NCBI GenBank assembly: GCA_046483445.1
Contig: JAWODD010000025.1
Span: 3,636 to 67,635, forward strand
Reading direction: 5' to 3'
DNA: 64,000 nt
Source: Bacillota bacterium
GTDB lineage: Bacteria > Bacillota > Dethiobacteria > DTU022
The notes below the pieces were generated by a model, which saw nothing but the letters and a program-made list of their open reading frames with translations, was not told the origin of the DNA and ran no database searches. Position numbers and translations under genes: made by a program. Shown one piece after another: positions 58,867 to 64,000 of the stretch (position 1 is its first letter; the number at the start of each line of letters is the position of its first letter).

Positions 58867-59796
58867 ATGTTTTCTAAGAAAGGAGTGTTTTTTCCCGGGC
58901 AGGGAGCCCAGTATGCCGGGATGGGTAAGGATTTTTACGAAAAATTTTCGGTAGCACGCGCAGTTTTTGATCAGGCTGCAGATGTGCTAGGTAATGATTT
59001 TCTTGACACGATTTTTTCCGGTCCCGAGGAAAAACTGCAGCAAACTGAAAATACACAGCCGGCTATTCTTGCAGTCAGCGTGTCAATATTCAGAGTCCTT
59101 GAAAACCGGGGTTTGAGCGCTGCAGCCATGGCCGGATTAAGCCTGGGAGAATACAGCGCGCTGGTTTCTGCAGGGGCTTTGTCTTTCGAAGAAGCCCTCC
59201 CCCTGGTTCAGAAACGCGGGATTTACATGCAGAAAGCAGTTCCTACCGGGGCAGGAAAAATGATAGCTATCATGGGACTGGACCATGAAAAAGTTGAAGA
59301 AATTTGCCGTGAGGCAGAGAAACTTGGAATAGTCGCCCCGGCCAACTATAATTGCCCGGGGCAGATTGTTATTACCGGGCAGACAGGTGCTGTAGAACAT
59401 GCTCGAAAATTAGCCGGTGAAGCTGGAGCTAAAAAATGTTCTGAGTTAAAAGTAAGTGCTCCCTTTCATTGTTCCCTCCTTCAGCCGGCTGAAGAAAAAA
59501 TGGCAGAGGAGCTGGAAAAGGTGGCAATTAAAAAACCTTCTGTTCCAATTGTATGCAACGTTTCAGCTTGTTTTACAGATGATCCCGGGCAGATAAAACA
59601 AAATCTTATAAAGCAGGTAAGCAACCCCATAATGTGGGAGCAATCGGTGCGCAATATGATTACTGAAGGAATAGATGAATTTCTAGGTGTTGGACCGGGT
59701 AATTCTCCGGCAAGAATGATGAAAAGAATTGCGCCGGATAAACAAACGATAGCAGTGGAAAAGGCAGAAGATGTTGAAGAATTAGCGTGGAGTTAA
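58867..59796 (+). CDS. fabD: Malonyl-CoA-ACP transacylase
   Basis: FPGQGAQ, GLSLGEYSA, VSAPFHC. Confidence 0.96.
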   Translation: MFSKKGVFFPGQGAQYAGMGKDFYEKFSVARAVFDQAADVLGNDFLDTIFSGPEEKLQQTENTQPAILAVSVSIFRVLENRGLSAAAMAGLSLGEYSALVSAGALSFEEALPLVQKRGIYMQKAVPTGAGKMIAIMGLDHEKVEEICREAEKLGIVAPANYNCPGQIVITGQTGAVEHARKLAGEAGAKKCSELKVSAPFHCSLLQPAEEKMAEELEKVAIKKPSVPIVCNVSACFTDDPGQIKQNLIKQVSNPIMWEQSVRNMITEGIDEFLGVGPGNSPARMMKRIAPDKQTIAVEKAEDVEELAWS

Positions 59797-59831
59797 GAAA
59801 TTGAGAAGACTGATCTGATTAAGGCAAAGAG

Positions 59832-60584
59832 GTGTTTGGCTTGAACTTAAGCGGGAAGACAGCTATAGTAACCGGTTCTTCCAGGGGTATTGGTCGTGCT
59901 ATTGCTCTCTCTTTGGGCCGGGCAGGCGCTTCGGTAGTGGTTAATTACAGCGGTAATGAAGCTGCCGCTGAAGCAGTAAAAAATGAAATCGAAAAAAGCG
60001 GCGGGACGGCCATAACCATGAAAGCCGATGTTACTGATTACAGTCAATGTGAACAACTGGTGCAAAGTGCTATTGATCATTTCAAAAGAATTGATATACT
60101 AATTAATAATGCCGGGATTACCAGGGATAATTTATTGGTTCGAATGAAAGAAGAAGAATGGCAGGAAGTGATTGACACTAATTTAAACGGGGTTTATAAC
60201 TGCTGCCGGGCGATCCTAAAACCTTTACTCAAGCAAAAGAGCGGCGGCAGGATTATTAACATCGCTTCGGTTGCCGGTTTACACGGTAATACCGGGCAGG
60301 CTAATTATGCAGCAGCAAAAGGAGGAGTAATTTCTTTTACCCGGACCCTGGCTAAAGAATTAGGGTCAAGAGATATAACAGTTAATGCAGTAGCCCCTGG
60401 CTTTATAGAAACTGAAATGACAGAGCTGCTGAGCGATCAGGTAAAAGAACAGGTCTTGTCAAGAGTTGCCCTTAAGCGGATGGGTAAACCTGAAGATGTT
60501 GCTGAAGTAGTCTTATTTCTGGCTTCCTCTGCTAATTATGTAACCGGCCAGGTAATTGCTGTTGATGGCAATATGTCTATGTAG
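59832..60584 (+). CDS. fabG: 3-oxoacyl-ACP reductase
   Basis: [32 protein letters not shown]. Confidence 0.96.
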   Translation: MFGLNLSGKTAIVTGSSRGIGRAIALSLGRAGASVVVNYSGNEAAAEAVKNEIEKSGGTAITMKADVTDYSQCEQLVQSAIDHFKRIDILINNAGITRDNLLVRMKEEEWQEVIDTNLNGVYNCCRAILKPLLKQKSGGRIINIASVAGLHGNTGQANYAAAKGGVISFTRTLAKELGSRDITVNAVAPGFIETEMTELLSDQVKEQVLSRVALKRMGKPEDVAEVVLFLASSANYVTGQVIAVDGNMSM

Positions 60585-60636
60585 CATTTTCCATTTATTT
60601 AATGTAATTCTACAGCATTCGGGGGGAGGTGATTTT

Positions 60637-60864
60637 GTGAGCGTCGAGGACAAGATTAAAAAAATAATTTCCGATCAGCTCGAAGTAGCAATTGATAAAT
60701 TGTCGGCAGAAACAACTTTTGAAGATATTGATGCCGACTCTCTTGATATTGTTGAGCTGGTTATGGCCTTGGAAGAAGAATTCGACCTTGAAATTTCCGA
60801 CCAGGAAATTGAGAATGTTAAATCAGTTGGTGATGTAGTTAAATATATTGAATCAAAAGTATAG
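60637..60864 (+). CDS. acpP: Acyl carrier protein
   Basis: [17 protein letters not shown]; RBS GGAGGTG before GTG 60637. Confidence 0.97.
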   Translation: MSVEDKIKKIISDQLEVAIDKLSAETTFEDIDADSLDIVELVMALEEEFDLEISDQEIENVKSVGDVVKYIESKV

Positions 60865-60884
60865 AACCCTATAGAGGTGAAAAA

Positions 60885-62123
60885 GTGAGAAGAGTTGTGA
60901 TCACCGGAGTCGGGGTTATTTCACCGACAGGTTCCGACAAGAATATATTTTGGGAGAATATCGTCAGTGGTAAAAGTGGTATATCACTGGTGGAATATTT
61001 TGATGTCAGTAAGTATCCCTGCCGTATCGCCGGTGAAATAAAAGATTTTGATCCCACCTGCTATATGGATAAGCGAGAGGTAAAAAAAGTAGACCGCTAT
61101 ACTCATTTTGGCGTTGCAGCAGGCTTGCAGGCCTGGCAAGATGCCGGGTTGGATCAGTTACAATTGGATAAAGATGAAGTAGGGGTATTAATCGGCTCGG
61201 GTATCGGTGGGATTAGAACCATTGAAGATCAGCTGAGAGTCCTTGACCAAAAAGGACCGCGTCGGGTAAGCCCTTTTTTAGTGCCCGCTTTGATTGCCAA
61301 CATGGCTTCCGGGTATTTATCGATGATGCTTGGTTTACGCGGCCCTAATTCAACCGTGGTAACGGCTTGCGCCACCTCAACTCACACAGTCGGCGATGCC
61401 TGGCATATCATCGCCAGGGGAGATGCAGAAATAATGCTTGCCGGCGGTGCGGAAGCAACAATCAGTGACCTTGCTTATTCCGGTTTTTCTTCAGCCAGGG
61501 CGCTTTCGACCCGCAACGACCATCCCGAGAAAGCCTCCCGGCCTTTTGAACGGGACCGCGATGGTTTTGTTATGGGAGAAGGAGCAGGAGTCCTGGTTTT
61601 GGAACCGCTTGAACATGCATTAGAACGCAACGCCAGTATTTATGGTGAAATTGTTGGTTATGGCATGTCCGGCGACGCCTATCATATGACAGCTCCTGAT
61701 CCCGAGGGGAAGGGTGCTTACCTGAGTATGCAGCGAGCCCTAAAGAGTGCCGGTGTAGCCCCGGAACAGGTTGATTATATAAATGCTCATGGGACCTCCA
61801 CGGAGTTCAATGATAAAATTGAAACTTTAGCGATCAAGAATCTTTTTGGGCCGCATGCATATAATCTTCCCATCAGTTCAACAAAGTCAATGACCGGCCA
61901 CCTTTTAGGGGCCGCAGGAGCTGTTGAACTTATTGCCACCTTGATGACATTGCAAAAACAAGTTATTCATCCGACCATTAATTATGATAATCCTGATCCG
62001 GAATGCGATTTGGACTATGTTCCAAACAGGGCCAGAGCTAGTAAAGTTGAACTGGCCTTGTCGAACTCATTTGGGTTTGGGGGAACCAATGGTTCTTTAC
62101 TGGTTAAGAGATACCATTCGTAA
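60885..62123 (+). CDS. fabF: Beta-ketoacyl-ACP synthase II
   Basis: TACATS, NAHGTST, KSMTGHLLGA, SNSFGFGG. Confidence 0.97.
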   Translation: MRRVVITGVGVISPTGSDKNIFWENIVSGKSGISLVEYFDVSKYPCRIAGEIKDFDPTCYMDKREVKKVDRYTHFGVAAGLQAWQDAGLDQLQLDKDEVGVLIGSGIGGIRTIEDQLRVLDQKGPRRVSPFLVPALIANMASGYLSMMLGLRGPNSTVVTACATSTHTVGDAWHIIARGDAEIMLAGGAEATISDLAYSGFSSARALSTRNDHPEKASRPFERDRDGFVMGEGAGVLVLEPLEHALERNASIYGEIVGYGMSGDAYHMTAPDPEGKGAYLSMQRALKSAGVAPEQVDYINAHGTSTEFNDKIETLAIKNLFGPHAYNLPISSTKSMTGHLLGAAGAVELIATLMTLQKQVIHPTINYDNPDPECDLDYVPNRARASKVELALSNSFGFGGTNGSLLVKRYHS

Positions 62124-62143
62124 GTTCTTATAAAGGAGTTTAT

Positions 62144-62839
62144 ATGAATTGGCTTAACAAAATCAGGTCATTCTTGGATCAGTTGGGCTGGGAAGTAAAC
62201 AATATTAAACTGGTTGAGCAGGCATTAACCCATACTTCTTATGCTCATGAAAAAAAGCAGCATGGTTACCACAATGAACGTCTTGAGTTTTTAGGCGATG
62301 CGGTATTGGAATTGGTGATCAGTGATTATTTATATTATAACTACCCTGATTTACCCGAGGGCAAGCTGACCAAGCTCAGAGCTGACCTGGTTTGTGAAGC
62401 TTCTTTGGTCAGGCTGGCTTTTGAACTTGACCTTGGTCAGTATTTACGTTTGGGAAAAGGAGAAGTGACCAGTGGTGGTTATAGCCGCCCGTCACTGTTG
62501 GCCGATGCGGTGGAAGCTTTAATTGGAGCTGTCTATTTAGACTCGGGACTGGAAATTGGCCGTAAATATGTTTTACAACTTTATGAACCTATTTTGCAGG
62601 AACTGCAGGAAGGGGTGCTAAACCGGGACTTCAAAACTCTGCTTCAGGAGTTTTCACAGGCACGGTTTGCGGTGACTCCAGCTTACCGGATTATAAATGA
62701 AAGCGGACCTGACCACAATAAAGTATTTGAAGCAGAAGTGATTTTAGCTTCAAAGTCTGTGGGTAAAGGACAGGGGCGCAGTAAAAAGGAGGCTGAACAA
62801 GCAGCAGCAAAAAAGGCCTGGTATAATCTTACATCTTAA
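62144..62839 (+). CDS. rnc: Ribonuclease III
   Basis: NERLEFLGDAVL, dsRBD KTLLQE...SKKEAEQ. Confidence 0.97.
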   Translation: MNWLNKIRSFLDQLGWEVNNIKLVEQALTHTSYAHEKKQHGYHNERLEFLGDAVLELVISDYLYYNYPDLPEGKLTKLRADLVCEASLVRLAFELDLGQYLRLGKGEVTSGGYSRPSLLADAVEALIGAVYLDSGLEIGRKYVLQLYEPILQELQEGVLNRDFKTLLQEFSQARFAVTPAYRIINESGPDHNKVFEAEVILASKSVGKGQGRSKKEAEQAAAKKAWYNLTS

Positions 62840-62895
62840 ATGCTGCCTGTTAAATATTAAACAAAATATCCAAGAGGAGCTGTAATAAACAAACC

Positions 62896-63156
62896 ATGGA
62901 ACTATTGAAAGTGTCGGCTCAGTCTAAGCCTAAAGCAATTGCCGGAGCAGTGGCTGCGGCAATCAGGGCTGACGGATCAGTGGAGTTGCAGGCAATTGGA
63001 GCCGGGGCGGTAAATCAGGCGATCAAAGCCATAGCCATTGCCCGGGGATATGTAGCCCCAAATGGCCTAAACCTGGTGGTAAAGCCTGCATTTGTGGATT
63101 TAATAATTGATGATATTCCGCGAACTGCGATAAAATTTAAGGTAGAACCTAGATGA
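62896..63156 (+). CDS. spoVS: Stage V sporulation protein S
   Basis: LKVSA.S.P..IAGA, QAIGAGAVNQAIKAIAIARG. Confidence 0.95.
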   Translation: MELLKVSAQSKPKAIAGAVAAAIRADGSVELQAIGAGAVNQAIKAIAIARGYVAPNGLNLVVKPAFVDLIIDDIPRTAIKFKVEPR

Positions 63157-63179
63157 TTTGAACGGATTGGAAAAATACC

Positions 63180-63207
63180 AGCCTGCCGCTTTTAAAAAGG
63201 CAGGCTA
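63180..63207 (+). terminator. Hairpin after spoVS
   Basis: AGCCTGCC ... GGCAGGCT. Confidence 0.55.
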
Positions 63208-63253
63208 ATTGTTAGGATAGAATTGGTAAACTTTACTTAAGGAGCTTGCTTGA

Positions 63254-64000
63254 TTGTATCTGAAAAACCTGGAATTATTTGGATTCAAATCTTTTGCCGA
63301 AAAGGCGGAGTTGGACCTAAGCCCTGGCATTACTGCAATTATCGGGCCGAACGGTTGTGGAAAAAGCAACCTGGTTGATGCTGTGCGCTGGGCTCTTGGT
63401 GAACAAAGTGTAAAGTCATTGCGCGGTCATCGTATGGAAGAGGTTATCTTTTCCGGCAGTGAAAACCGGAAAGCGCTCAATTTTGCTGAAGTATCTTTGA
63501 CTTTTGCCGGAGCATCAAGCTTCCTTAATTTTGATTACGACGAGGTGACCATTGCCAGGCGGTTATTTCGCAACGGGGAAAGCGAATATTATATTAACAA
63601 GTCCTCTTGTCGCTTGAAAGATGTCACCGAGCTTTTTATTGATACCGGTCTCGGTAAAGATGTTTATTCGGTGATTGGCCAGGGCCGGGTTGACGAAATT
63701 ATTAATAATCGCCCTGATGAAAGACGGGAAATATTTGAAGAAGCCGCCGGGATATTGAAGTATAAAATTCGCAAAGGTGAAGCAAGGCGCCGTTTAGATG
63801 AAACCAGGGATAACCTGGTGCGAGTTCAAGATTTGATCTTTGAGCTGGAAAACCAGGTGGAACCCCTTCAGAAACAGGCTGAAATAACCCGCCAGTACCG
63901 GGAGCTGCGCCGACAGATTGAAACTGAAGAAAGAAAACTGCTCACACACCAGTTAACTAAATCCCGGGAACAGTTAAACAAAGTTAACAAGCAACTGCAG
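63254..64000 (+). CDS. smc: Chromosome segregation protein SMC (5' part, runs off the window)
   Basis: Hand translation MYLKNLELFGFKSFA...GPNGCGKSNLVDA.RWALGEQS; follows rnc. Confidence 0.95.
   Translation, partial: MYLKNLELFGFKSFAEKAELDLSPGITAIIGPNGCGKSNLVDAVRWALGEQSVKSLRGHRMEEVIFSGSENRKALNFAEVSLTFAGASSFLNFDYDEVTIARRLFRNGESEYYINKSSCRLKDVTELFIDTGLGKDVYSVIGQGRVDEIINNRPDERREIFEEAAGILKYKIRKGEARRRLDETRDNLVRVQDLIFELENQVEPLQKQAEITRQYRELRRQIETEERKLLTHQLTKSREQLNKVNKQLQ

Noticed and set aside
1-64000. CRISPR arrays, rRNA, transposases, prophage genes
   Set aside because: None seen

Overview
Chromosomal segment of an anaerobic Firmicute (Clostridia/Dethiobacteria-like). The very acidic exported proteins and the large Mrp expansion suggest a halo-alkaliphile, but this is inference. 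The left half (1-28 kb) is a bioenergetic island with three parts. (i) An operon of three exported lipoproteins: two FMN-binding proteins and a hidden Tat-exported C-GCAxxG-C-C/split-Soret-like selenoprotein that the ORF track splits at an in-frame UGA. (ii) A fdhE-fdhA(Sec)-fdhB-rnfC-rnfD operon, i.e. an extracytoplasmic formate dehydrogenase wired to half of an Rnf complex, with no cytochrome b subunit and no rnfA/B/E/G. (iii) Two divergent operons encoding an Mrp-type cation/H+ antiporter with eight antiporter-like pump subunits. Three of them carry C-terminal lateral segments of about 54, 107 and 130 aa, close to 2, 4 and 5 units of about 26 aa, which suggests complexes of selectable length and stoichiometry. 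The middle holds PrpD-like, ADP-ribosylglycohydrolase, tRNA-Val, DRG-like GTPase, LemA, minimal SufCB (SMS-like) and arsenic-resistance genes. The right half is housekeeping: thrS-infC-rpmI-rplT, T-box-pheST, zapA-cvpA-mpg-mutS2, PBP1A, yceD-rpmF-plsX-fabHDG-acpP-fabF-rnc-spoVS-smc. All calls come from reading the sequence and recognising motifs; no searches were run.
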